Source of the DNA: Nemertoderma westbladi | Taxonomy: Eukaryota; Animalia; Xenacoelomorpha | DNA length: 64,000 nt | Direction: 5' to 3' | NCBI GenBank assembly: GCA_032718475.1 | Contig: JAUCBJ010005613.1 | Location: 1-64,000, forward strand | Shown: piece after piece, positions 12,208 to 26,700 of the stretch | Position numbering within the stretch: the first letter of the stretch is position 1 | How the letters are laid out: each line of letters starts with the position of its first letter | Program-made: the position numbers and the translations under genes | Notes under the pieces: model-generated | What the model was told of the DNA's origin: nothing | Seen by the model: the letters and a program-made list of their open reading frames with translations, nothing else | Databases searched by the model: none

Positions 12208-14392
12208 ACTGTTACATCACTAATACATACTGCTACATCACTGATACATACTGTTACATCACTGATACATACTGCTACATCACTGATACATACTGTTACA
12301 TCACTGATACATACTGTTTCATCACTGATACATACTGTTACATCACTGATACATACTGTTTCATCACTGATACATACTGTTACATCACTGATACATACTG
12401 TTACATCACTGATACATGCTGTTACATCACTGATACATACTGTTACATCACTGATACATACTGTTACATCACTGATACATACTGTTACATCACTGATACA
12501 TACTGTTACATCACTGATATATACTGTTACATCACTGATACATACTGTTACATCACTGATACATACTGTTACATCACTGATACATACTGTTACATCACTG
12601 ATATATACTGTTACATCACTGATACATACTGTTACATCACTGATATATACTGTTACATCACTGATACATACTGTTACATCACTAATACATACTGCTACAT
12701 CACTGATACATACTGTTACATCACTGATACATACTGTTTCATCACTGATACATACTGTTACATCACTGATACATACTGTTACATCACTGATACATACTGT
12801 TTCATCACTGATACATACTGTTACATCACTGATACATACTGTTTCATCACTGATACATACTGTTACATCACTGATACATACTGTTTCATCACTGATACAT
12901 ACTGTTACATCACTGATACATACTGTTACATCACTGATACATACTGTTTCATCACTGATACATACTGTTACATCACTGATACATACTGTTACATCACTGA
13001 TACATACTGTTACATCACTGATACATACTGTTACATCACTGATACATACTGTTACATCACTGATACATACTGTTTCATCACTGATGCATACTGTTTCATC
13101 ACTGATACATACTGTTACATCACTGATACATACTGTTACATCACTGATACATACTGTTACATCACTGATACATACTGTTACATCACTGATATATACTGTT
13201 ACATCACTGATATATACTGTTACATCACTGATACATACTGTTACATCACTGATACATACTGTTACATCACTGATACATACTGTTTCATCACTGATACATA
13301 CTGTTTCATCACTGATACATACTGTTACATCACTGATACATACTGTTACATCACTGATACATACTGTTTCATCACTGATACATACTGTTTCATCACTGAT
13401 ACATATTGTTACATCACTGATACATACTGTTACATCACTGATACATACTGTTTCATCACTGATACATATTGTTACATCACTGATATATACTGTTACATCA
13501 CTGATACATACTGTTACATCACTGATACATACTGTTTCATCACTGATACATATTGTTACATCAATGATATATACTGTTACATCACTGATACATACTGTTA
13601 CATCACTGATATATACTGTTACATCACTGATACATACTGTTACATCACTGATACATACTGTTTCATCACTGATACATACTGTTTCATCACTGATACATAC
13701 TGTTACAGCACTGATACATACTGCTACATCACTGATACATACTGTTACATCACTGATACATACTGTTACATCACTGATACATACTGTTACATCACTGATA
13801 CATACTGTTACATCACTGATACATACTGTTACATCACTGATACATACTGTTTCATCACTGATACATACTGTTACATCACTGATACATACTGTTACATCAC
13901 TGATACATACTGTTTCATCACTGATACATATTGTTACATCACTGATATATACTGTTACATCACTGATACATACTGTTACATCACTGATACATACTGTTAC
14001 ATCACTGATACATACTGTTTCATCACTGATACATACTGTTTCATCACTGATACATACTGTTACATCACTGATACATACTGTTACATCACTGATACATACT
14101 GTTTCATCACTGATACATACTGTTTCATCACTGATACATATTGTTACATCACTGATACATACTGTTACTCACTGATACATGCTGTTACATTACTGATATA
14201 TACTGATACATCATGTTACATCACTGATACATACTGTTACATCACTGATACATACTGTTACATCACTGATACATACTGTTATATCACTGATATATACGGT
14301 TACATCACTCACTGATACATACTCTTACATCACTGATACATAACTGATACATATTGTTCATCATTGATACATACTGTTACATAACTGATACA
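12208..14392. repeat. 21-bp minisatellite (ACTGTTACATCACTGATACAT)n, about 100 copies
   Basis: Direct tandem repeat. Confidence 0.97.
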
Positions 14393-16109
14393 TAGTACAC
14401 ACGGATGGGTCCCGGATGATATTACGGAAAAATATCGCTGGAATTAATTATGTATGGATTTTAATGAATGTTTGTGGCGGGTAATCCCGTAATCCCGTAA
14501 TCCCACAACAATTGAGCAATGACAATATATTCACTCATTCACAATGCTATTCCACACATTTGCACATCTGCATTATCATTCACTGCAGCTCCCCGGTCCA
14601 TAGCGAAAAGGATTGCTCTCTAAAACAGCAGACACTAAATGATTACTGGCTGACTGGGTTAATTTATAGCTGGAATTGCCTGACAGGTAAGATAAGTAAG
14701 TCCATCCATTTGGGAATGTGACTAAAGCATAATCCTGAGGGGTTAAAAACTGCTAGTTCTAGTGGAGATGACTTGAGTGGTTCTATGTACTGTATATGGG
14801 ATGGGGAGCAGCCACACTGGTGTGTGTCGGGGGACGCCCTTAGTGTTCCCAGAGGACCGCTGCACCTGCCATCAACTCTTATACAATTATAGGACGCAGT
14901 TTCGCGATTATAGCATCAAACGATCGCTTTTATCGGGAATTTGCCATAAACTAAACAGGAAATACACTCTGGATGGAGTAAACACCTATAGCCTCCAGCT
15001 GCAACCTTATTTTATTATTTATTAGAATTATCCTTATTTCCCTAGTGTTTATCTGTCAATGCCAAGTGGTATATTATGTTGCACAACATATCAAAATTTA
15101 TTTAAAAATTGAGACCCCCCCCACCCCCCCCCCCGGGGGGGGGGGGGGGGGGGGGGTTGATGCAAATTCCACCTCGACGAATTAATTTTTCGTCTCAATG
15201 GTAAATTATCAATTCATGGAAAGGAGCAGGTTAGATTGGTGCGTTATTTTTAACCAAACAATAAACTGCAGATAACGGGTTACAGTTTAATTTTTGGTAG
15301 TAATTACTGTATGACTTTGTTACAAATATAATATTACACAAACACTACATTACCCGGTAAATTATTAATAACCTACTTTACAGTAATCATTTATGGGGGA
15401 TGGTTCGTAATTTATTTAATTAGCATTGGAGTCATTTCAGCCAAAAAGTCTTAGAAACAAATGGTAAACCTGATTGGTTATGCTGCTGCCTCTCAACGTG
15501 GTACTGTAGTCATCAAGTCATATAAAGTTAAATGATATTGTAGGGTTGTGGTCGGGTTGCCTAATGCCTTGACATGCAAAGTCCTCGTACGTTCATTATT
15601 CCCACTACTCTACTTCCACAGTAGAGTACAATCGTTGGATGTCTCCGGGCCATGTTTCCTTCCTTCGCGGCATCTAATTTACCAGATAATAACGGTTCCT
15701 CTGATCTCCGTGTTCTGATTACATCCCGGGTAGGTAAGGCTTCCCTCGGTTGTTCCTACTACTCCGAGATCATGCAGTTCGTCGCGTGTACGCTGGGGCA
15801 ATCAGCCGACCAATGTTTGATGCCAGTTCGCATGCTCATTCCACTTTTATTAATTAGAATGGAGTTTAGTGGCCGTAAACGTAACACTAAACTGGTATAA
15901 AATATCCGAAATCAGCACTCACTACGCCGACGGCACAATTACGGTTTGTTTAATGAGTAAATATTAAATTCAGTTGCAGAGAAAACATACAGCCAATCTC
16001 CAAATTGCAAGGCCCTTGCTCCATTGATAAGTCGTAAGCATATGACATACTCATACTATTATAGTCGACAAATTGTCAACAAATTATAGACTTGGGGTCT
16101 CGTCAGTTC

Positions 16110-16630
16110 TGAAGACTCCCGTTTGAGATGTCTAGTTAGATAATTATTTATTCCATTGAATTCAGAATCCTCATAAACCTCTAAAATGCGTGAAATAAGT
16201 TTTCACAATCAATTAACCTATTGTATGGATTTTCAAAATTTCGTGCTGGCACCAAATTTTGCACACAACACTAAAAAACGGAAGTTTGCTAAGCCTGGTG
16301 TAACTTGTATATATGCCATCGAAACCAGCACCCCAGAAACCCCTATTGCACAAAAAACAGATTCAAACTATCAATTTACTAAATTGACATTTTTCAAAAT
16401 TTGGTGCTGGCACCAAAATTTGGCATCCGCCGAAAAAAACTAAGTTTGAAATTTGTAGCTCATTTTATATGAATTACATCTAATTGCTAACACCAAAATA
16501 ATAGAGATGTTACAAATAATTTTTCATGAAATGTAATTTTCAAAAAACGTCTCAAAAAAGTGCCCATAGTAGTGTTAAAAAATGGTGGTATAACTCGAAA
16601 GCTCCCCCCCCCCCCCCCATTGGTTAATGG
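16110..16630 (-). mobile_element. Non-autonomous DNA-transposon fragment related to 58330-58740
   Basis: Reverse-complement similarity (both translate as TKLTxFKIxCxHQNLAxAEK) and a matching G/C homopolymer near the end. Confidence 0.6.
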
Positions 16631-16837
16631 GGCCGTACAGTAAAAGGAACAAATAAACTTTATAATTATAAATGTAAAGCTAGGGGATCTAGTTTGATTA
16701 TAAATAGATAAAATATATTTGTGTTGGATTATTCATTATATAAAAAAATTTTCACGAGTAATTATCATAAATCCGTAATAAATGGTGTTCGATTAAATGT
16801 GATACGAATCTTAGATTTCTTAACTAGTAAATTAACA

Positions 16838-18200
16838 TCTACTACTACTAGGATCGGCATGCTGCATTGCAGCTGCATTTTTAAGAATGCTGTGCCGGCT
16901 TGTCGACAAAATTGCGCCGCCACAACTCCCTATCAACAATGACATTTGCTAGATCAGCCGCACCATCAAAGCCAGTGAGTGTCCTTTAAGATGCGTCTCA
17001 AGAAAGTCATGGGCTGTCCATCCATGCTTATTCACTCCATGAGGCTGCCAAAGTAAAAGATTATGCACTGGCTGGTCCTCACGGCGAAAGCAATGTCCTG
17101 CAAAGCGGAGTCGACTTTGTTCTAGTGTCAAGCTTGGGGGAAACAATGAGATACCTCCAATGTTATATAGTGTCTGGTTGGGGATGTGTGCATTGTACTT
17201 GACACAATGAACCCGGCGTAGCATTCTTGTGAATGTGCCATCCAGAGATTTGGTATCCTCAGCAGTTAGAGCCGGGACTCCCATAGAGGAGTACTGGAAC
17301 TACTGCTGCTCTAAATAATCGGACCTTAAGTTTCCGATTAATTCTCGGTGACTTCAAAATCCTGGAAAGCCTATTCAAGGATGCCCATGCCTTTCCCTTA
17401 CGTATTCGGAGGTCCTCACCTGACTTCCGGATCCATGATCCCAGGTAACAGAAGTCGTCCACATGCTCAAGCATACCATCTTTTGAGCTTATGCTCATCC
17501 GGTCAGAGACTTGCTGAGGACTTTCAAAGTTAACTGTCAAAATTTTGGTCTTTCTGGAGTTAGTAAAAAACCAACACTAGAAGGAGCATGTTCTAATGAG
17601 CTGAGGAGCCGTTGGGTTCCCTCTAGTGATTCTGAGAGTACTCCTAAGTCATCAGCAAAGTCTAGATCAGTTAGGTACTTGGCAGGATTTCCTCGACTTC
17701 TGGAGCCAGTAGGTGGAGTTATCATCACCCCATCATCATTATGATGATCTAAGGACAGGCGTAGAACATAGTCAACAACAATTATGAACAAGAATGGCGC
17801 AGAGTGCAGGCAAGACGCCCATAACACTTCAAATGGTTCTGTCACCGTCAACAGTAGACACAAATGTTGTCGAACCATCGTATACTGATCTGATTGCTGC
17901 AATAATTTTATCCGGAATCCTATATAATGAAAGTATGCTGAACGTGCGTGAGCGAGAGACTGAATCAAAGGCCTTGAAGAAGTCAAAGATAACAGCCAGA
18001 CCTGTCTTTCTTTTTTGATAATTCTTCAATTATCCTTCTAAGTGCCAAAATGGGCTCCATGGTCCCACGACCTTTACGGAACCCATTCTGATTTCCACGG
18101 AGCAGTCTCTCAATGGGATCCCTGATGCGATTTAATATAATTATATTGTATAGCTTTGCAGCAATCGAGATCAATGAAATCAGATCTAGATTTCTTAACA
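16838..18200 (-). mobile_element. 5'-truncated RTE-like LINE: RT domain to (TAG)n tail, frameshifted
   Basis: [54 protein letters not shown]; CTACTACTAC tail at about 16839-16850. Confidence 0.9.
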
Positions 18201-20664
18201 ACTTATATTAATAACCAGTGGAGAGTGGGATCTGTAATTTTGACCTACAACTCAGACAAAATTTGGAAAGACTATGAGTCTCAATGACTTAAGCACAGGA
18301 GCACGGGCATAATTAATTTCCTGAACTCGATTTATGCTAATTTTGTAAGTTTAAATTTTAGTAGATCTATTTTCATTGCGTACAAAGAGAAAAACGCATG
18401 TAAATATTTATCTAATACACTCTGTCCATAGAAGTATAGGGTGGCCAATTTTGAATGGAAATAAGCCCTACTATTTCGTGATATCTTCTAAAGGAACCAA
18501 CCTAACTTAGATGTTGGTTTTGATTTTGGATTGTATTTCAGGATCTAGACTTTTTAATCTCCATAGGTAATCTCAGGTACAATTCTAACCATAAACAGGC
18601 AAAGTCGTATCTATTCTGCTAGCATACCCTACTATATTTAACTTGGGTCAGGTCAGGTTTTCCGAGTCATTGATACAGAAAGCTGCCAGCACCTGCCACG
18701 GATAGTAGATCGTGATAACAGACGAAATCATGCAAAAAAGAAGCGAAAACAATGTAGGGAGAATAGGATGTAGAATGGGAATGGGATGTATAATGGGATG
18801 TAGGGAATGTAGGTAGAACATAAGAAAACAGTTAGATCGTTTAAAATCCAGGTTAATATCAATATTAAACATAACTAGGTGTTATAATTAATTTAAAATG
18901 TTGTTGAATTTATGTCGCCAAATTAAAATTACTCTGTTCCCATTACAATAATAATGAGAAGCCCAGAATGAAAATAAAAAATATAGGCCTTTCATGTTCT
19001 GTGAATTCCCCTGTTGCGTTGTTGTGATTGGTCCTGGTACCAGAAATTCCTCCATGGTCGTTACTAGCATTCGACCTATGACTATTCGACCTTTAAACAT
19101 CAATTATGTTTACGTACTGTTATGCTTGGCCTCTCTTAGTTTCAATACCTTTCCTTTACTCTTTTGTTGCATTTCCTAGCGCAGCCCCGTGAGAATATCT
19201 TGCGCTCGAGCCGAGACTTACCAGTCAGCTCACTCTGTGACTAATATAGCCCATGCTCTGCTGCTATAAACTACTGGCTTTTATCTTAGTTGCTTTTAGT
19301 TTTTTTTACATAGTTTGGTTTTTATTTTGCTACTATACCTGAAAGATTTTTTGATTTAAAATAATAATAAATAGTTTTAACTATTATTGATTTGTCACGA
19401 TTTTACTCCATTGATTGTTAACCCAGTGGATTGTATTGAAACTGATAAAGCTATAACAAGAGGAGCAGTAAGGATACCCACACAATCGTGCATCCTGGGA
19501 TTATTGTGGGAGAAGCAACTACTGTAGCAACCTTTCAAGCATTAAAACCACTACCAAAACATAATACCTTGAATTACGTTTCGCTCTCTCGTATAATTTA
19601 TTCAGACTGACCAACGTTATCAACCCACTAAACATACGCATATGTAATATGCGTAACATTATTACCCTATATTATACATTATAACATATCATCCCAGTAT
19701 GCATATGTTTTACATAATCTTTCTTTATCTTTTATGTCGATTTTAAGATATATGAGGCCTGCTGCTGCTGATGATGGCTGGTACTATGATAGGCTTCTAT
19801 TTATCTAGGTAGGCCTATGCATATTTTATGTATGGAAGTACTTATGGCTGTCGCAGCCGTGAACCGTGCCCGTGTTTTGGTTGTATAAATCCGGAGTGGC
19901 CTCCGGCTCGTTACATTTAAATTATTGGAAGTGTATTAAATATTATTACTGCTGTGTTAAAGATATAGTTTATTATATTAAAAAATGTATATTTAATTTT
20001 AACTACAACATAACAATAATTTCATTCATATTTTACTTTACTTAGTAATGTTGTAACGTTATTTTGTATATTTAAAATATGAGGATAATATAAAGACTTT
20101 ACTGTATTCTGAGATTAGACGATGCATAACTCACATGTTACGAGACTCTGATATATGAAACTTTCTATAGTGTAACGATTTAGAAGTTGTCAATTAAATT
20201 ACAATTTTTAGCGTCTCTCAATTCCATGATGCCCCGCTAGATGGCTACATGCACAAATTATATAAAAAACTTGTGAAGAATCTCCATGGCAATGTTAAGA
20301 AACAATGACTTATTGATGCAAAGGTCATGGTATATTATAAAGTGTATAACGTAATACACTAATAACATAAAATCCTATATCATAGATTATGCTGTATTAA
20401 TTAATATACAGGCTACCATTTCCGCAATACTGTATTACATTATAGATCAATTAAATATAAACCCTCCCCCAATATAATATAATTATATATAATATACAAA
20501 TCCACTACCAGTATAATCTATATATATAAACCCACTTCCAATATACACCAAGAGTTGGGGTTTTCCACAATACAATATAATGTAGTGGCGAATTGTCCGA
20601 ATGAGTTTCTATTTCTTTTGTTCCAAATGAATTGATTGGCTGTTAGCCAAAGTGTGAATAGTGT

Positions 20665-20703
20665 TCATGTACTGACGGCAACACATTTGTTAGAGCGACA
20701 CCA
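20665..20703 (-). CDS. ADAM exon 12 (putative last): [12 protein letters not shown]-stop
   Basis: CCTTTAG acceptor, phase 0, supplies the final two Cys of the Cys-rich domain; short, so less certain. Confidence 0.6.
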   Translation of the reverse strand, partial: WCRSNKCVAVST

Positions 20704-23700
20704 CTAAAGGAATATAACATATAATAAATATAATACAGCGCCTGAACTAATAGAGGATGGCGGTGTAAGTTCAAATCAATTTCGCATTGTTGTGACTCTA
20801 CGCATTATACTTGAGACATTATTATTGCTTACGCTAACCCAGCGGTAAAATGGGAATCTGGCTTCAGCTGGGGGAGTAAAGAAACAGTTGGGTAGTGACG
20901 TAGTCCCTGCCTTATAGGCTTTCCAGGATTTGGAAGTCACCGAGAATTAATCGGAAACTTAAGGTCCGATTATTTAGAGCAGCAGTAGTTCCAGTACTCC
21001 TCTACGGGAGTCCATGCTGGGCTCTAACTGCTGAGGACACCAAATCTCTGGATGGCACATTCACAAGAATGCTACGCCGGGTTCATTGTGTCAAGTACAA
21101 TGCACGCATCTCCAACCAGACACTATATAACATTGGAGGTGTCTCATTGGTTCCCCCAAGCTTGACACTAGAACAAAATCGCCTCCGCTTTGCAGGACAT
21201 TGCTTTCGCCGTTAGGACCAGCCAGTGCATAATCTTGTACTTTGGCAGCCTCATGGAGTGAATAAGCATGGTGGACAGCCCATGACTTTCTTGAGACGCA
21301 TCTTAAAGGACACTGGCCTTAAAGATGCGGATGATCTAGCAAATGTCATGGGTGATAGGGAGTTGTGGCAGTGCAATTTTGTTGACAAGCCGGCACAGCA
21401 TTCTTAAAAATGCAGCTGCAATGCAGCATGCCGATCGTAGTAGTAGTAGTAGTATAGGTAACAGCTTATAGGTATTAACGTACACATAAATAAAACTTAG
21501 TACACTATTATAGTAATAGTAGAGTACACATATATAAATTGAAATAACCAAGTATCCCTCTGTTTGTACAGGACCTAAACAACTGAGAGAATGGAACGAT
21601 TGTCTCGACAATATCGTGTTAGATGTATGGGTAACTATAACTTATATGGGTGTCTATAACATAACTTATATGGGTAACTATAACTTATATGGGTGTCTAT
21701 AACATAATTTATATGGGTATCTAAAACTTATCTGGGTATCTATAACTTATATGGGTATCTAAAACTTATATGGGTATCTAAAACTTATATGGGTATCTAT
21801 AACTTATATGGGTATCAATAACATAACTTATATGGGTAACTATAACTTATATGGGTGTCTATAACATAATTTATATGGGTATCTAAAACTTATCTGGGTA
21901 TCTATAACTTATATGGGTATCTATAACTTATATGGGTATCTAAAACTTATATGGGTATCTATAACTTATATGGGTATCAATAACTTATATGGGTATCTAT
22001 AACTTATATGGGTATCTATAACTTATATGGGTATCTATAACATAACTTATATGGGTATCTATAACATAACTTATATGGGTATCTATAACATAACTTATAT
22101 GGGTATCTATAACTTATATGGGTATCTAAAACTTATATGGGTATCTATAACTTATATGGGTATCAATAACTTATATGGGTATCTATAACTTATATGGGTA
22201 TCTATAACTTATATGGGTATCTATAACTATAACTTATATGGGTATCTATAACTTATATGGGTATCTATAACTATAACTTATATGGGTATCTATAACTATA
22301 ACTTATATTGGTATCTATAACTTATATGGGTATCTATAACTTATATGGGTATCTATAACATAACTTATATGGGTAACTATAACTTATATGGGTGTCTATA
22401 ACATAATTTATATGGGTATCTAAAACTTATCTGGGTATCTATAACTTATATGGGTATTTATAACTTATATGGGTATCTAAAACTTATATGGGTATCTATA
22501 ACTTATATGGGTATCAATAACTTATATGGGTATCTATAACATAACTTATATGGGTATCTATAACATAACTTATATGGGTATCTATAACATAACTTATATG
22601 GGTATCTATAACATAACTTATATGGGTATCTATAACATAACTTATATGGGTATCTATAACTTATATGGGTATCTAAAACTTATATGGGTATCTATAACTT
22701 ATATGGGTATCAATAACTTATATGGGTATCTATAACTTATATGGGTATCTATAACTTATATGGGTATCTATAACTATAACTTATATGGGTATCTATAACT
22801 TATATGGGTATCTATAACTATAACTTATATGGGTATCTATAACTATAACTTATATTGGTATCTATAACTTATATGGGTATCTATAACTTATATGGGTATC
22901 TATAACTATAACTTATATGGGTATCTATAACTATAACTTATATGGGTATCTATAACTTATATGGGTATCTATAACTATAACTTATATGGGTATCTATAAC
23001 ATAACTTATATGGGTATCTATAACATAACTTATATGGGTACCTATAACATAACTTATATGGGTATCTATAACAGAACTTATATGGGTATCTATAACTTAT
23101 ATGGGTATCTATAACTATAACTTATATGGGTATCTATAACTTATATGGGTATCTATAACTATAACTTATATGGGTATCTATAACATAACTTATATGGGTA
23201 TCTATAACATAACTTATATGGGTACCTATAACATAACTTATATGGGTATCTATAACAGAACTTATATGGGTATCTATAACTTATATGGGTATCTATAACT
23301 ATAACTTATATTGGTATCTATAACTTATATGGGTATCTATAACTATAACTTATATGGGTATCTATAACTTATATGGGTGTCTATAACTTATATGGGTATC
23401 TATAACTATAACTTATATGGGTATCTATAACTTATATGGGTATCTATAACTTATATGGGTATCTATAACTATAACTTATATTGGTATCTATAACTTATAT
23501 GGGTATCTATAACTATAACTTATATGGGTATCTATAACTATAACTTATATGGGTATCTATAACTTATATGGGTATCTATAACTATAACTTATATGGGTAT
23601 CTATAACTATAACTTATATTGGTATCTATAACTTATATGGGTATCTATAACTTATATGGGTATCTATAACTATAACTTATATGGGTATCTATAACTTATA

Positions 23701-26700
23701 TGGGTATCTATAACTATAACTTATATGGGTATCTATAACTATAACTTATATGGGTATCTATAACTTATATGGGTATCTATAACTATAACTTATATGGGTA
23801 TCTATAACTTATATGGGTATCTATAACTATAACTTATATGGGTATCTATAACTATAACTTATATGGGTATCTATAACTTATATGGGTATCTATAACTATA
23901 ACTTATATGGGTATCTATAACTTATATGGGTATCTATAACATAACTTATATGGGTATCTATAACTTATATGGGTATCTATAAATATAACTTATATGGGTA
24001 TCTATAACTATAACTTATATGGGTATTTATAACTTATATGGGTATCTATAACTATAACTTATATGGGTATCTATAACTATAACTTATATGGGTATCTATA
24101 ACTTATATGGGTATCTATAACTATAACTTATATGGGTATCTATAACTTATATGGGTATCTATAACATAACTTATATGGGTATCTATAACTTATATGGGTA
24201 TCTATAAATATAACTTATATGGGTATCTATAACTATAACTTATATGGGTATCTATAACTTATATGGGTATCTATAACTTATATGGGTATCTATAAATATA
24301 ACTTATATGGGTATCTATAACTATAACTTATATGGGTATTTATAACTTATATGGGTATTTATAACTTATATGGGTATCTATAACTTATATGGGTATCTAT
24401 AACATATATGGGTATCTATAACATAACTTATATGGGTATCTATAACATAACTTATATGGGTATCTATAACATAACTTATATGGGTATCTATAACATAACT
24501 TATATGGGTATCTATAACATAACTTATATGGGTATCTATAACATAACTTATATGGGTATCTATAACATAACTTATATGGGTATCTATAACATAACTTATA
24601 TGGGTATCTATAACATAACTTATATGGGAATCTATAACATAACTTATATGGGTATCTATAACATAACTTATATGGGTATCTATAACATAACTTATATGGG
24701 TATCTAACTTCAGGGTATCTATAACATAAATTATATGGGTATCTATAACATAACTTATATGGGTATCTATAACTTATATGGGTATCTATAACATAACATA
24801 TATGGGTATCTATAACTTATATGGGTATTTATAACATAACTTATATGGGTATCTATAACATAACTTATATGGGTATCTATAACATAACTTATATGGGTAT
24901 CTATAACTTATATGGGTATCTATAACTTATATGGGTATCTATAATTTATATGGTTATCTGTAATTTATATGGGTATCTATAACTTATATGGGTATCTATA
25001 ACTTATATGGGTATCTATAACTTATATGGTTATCTGTAATTTATATGGGTATCTATAACTTATATGGGTATCTATAACTTATATGGGTATCTATAACATA
25101 ACATATATGGGTATCTATAACTTATATGGGTATTTATAACATAACTTATATGGGTATCTATAACATAACTTATATGGGTATCTATAACATAACTTATATG
25201 GGTATCTATAACTTATATGGGTATCTATAACTTATATGGGTATCTATAATTTATATGGTTATCTGTAATTTATATGGGTATCTATAACTTATATGGGTAT
25301 CTATAACATAACTTATATGGGTATCTATAACATAACTTATATGGGTATCTATAACTTATATGGGTATCTATAACATAACATATATGGGTATCTATAACTT
25401 ATATGGGTATTTATAACATAACTTATATGGGTATCTATAACATAACTTATATGGGTATCTATAACATAACTTATATGGGTATCTATAACTTATATGGGTA
25501 TCTATAACTTATATGGGTATCTATAATTTATATGGTTATCTGTAATTTATATGGGTATCTATAACTTATATGGGTATCTATAACTTATATGGGTATCTAT
25601 AACTTATATGGTTATCTGTAATTTATATGGGTATCTATAACTTATATGGGTATCTATAACTTATATGGGTATCTATAACATAACTTATATGGGTATCTAT
25701 AACATAACTTATATGGGTATCTATAATTTATATGGTTATCTGTAATTTATATGGGTATCTATAACTTATATGGGTATCTATAACTTATATGGGTATCTAT
25801 AACTTATATGGTTATCTGTAATTTATATGGGTATCTATAACTTATATGGGTATCTATAACTTATATGGGTATCTATAACATAACTTATATGGGTATCTAT
25901 AACATAACTTATATGGGTATCTATAATTTATATGGTTATCTGTAATTTATATGGGTATCTATAACTTATATGGGTATCTATAACTTATATGGGTATCTAT
26001 AACTTATATGGTTATCTGTAATTTATATGGGTATCTATAACTTATATGGGTATCTATAACTTATATGGGTATCTATAACATAACATATATGGGTATCTAT
26101 AACTTATATGGGTATTTATAACATAACTTATATGGGTATCTATAACATAACTTATATGGGTATCTATAACATAACTTATATGGGTATCTATAACTTATAT
26201 GGGTATCTATAACTTATATGGGTATCTATAACATAACATATATGGGTATCTATAACTTATATGGGTATCTATAACTTATATGGGTATCTATAACATAACA
26301 TATATGGGTATCTATAACATAACATATATGGGTATCTATAACTTATATGGGTATTTATAACATAACTTATATGGGTATCTATAACATAACTTATATGGGT
26401 ATCTATAACATAACTTATATGGGTATCTATAACTTATATGGGTATCTATAACTTATATGGGTATCTATAACTTATATGGTTATCTGTAATTTATATGGGT
26501 ATCTATAACTTATATGGGTATCTATAACTTATATGGGTATCTATAACATAACTTATATGGGTATCTATAACATAACTTATATGGGTATCTATAATTTATA
26601 TGGTTATCTGTAATTTATATGGGTATCTATAACTTATATGGGTATCTATAACTTATATGGGTATCTATAACTTATATGGTTATCTGTAATTTATATGGGT

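Noticed and set aside
13084-14175. 363-aa ORF (IHTVTSL)n
   Set aside because: Artefact of a 21-bp satellite that is stop-free in one frame; no unique coding sequence
14512-15025. Possible EGF/TM exons of the ADAM or another gene
   Set aside because: No phase-compatible exon with an EGF Cys pattern or TM helix could be built
15115-15157. C-run followed by G-run as a functional hairpin or G-quadruplex
   Set aside because: Similar homopolymers mark ends of local DNA-transposon fragments, and their length is unreliable in assemblies
15560-15850. Minus-strand GSLTYPGC resembling a carbonic anhydrase motif
   Set aside because: The frame stops shortly after and no supporting exons were found; another frame looks more like a decayed LINE C-terminus
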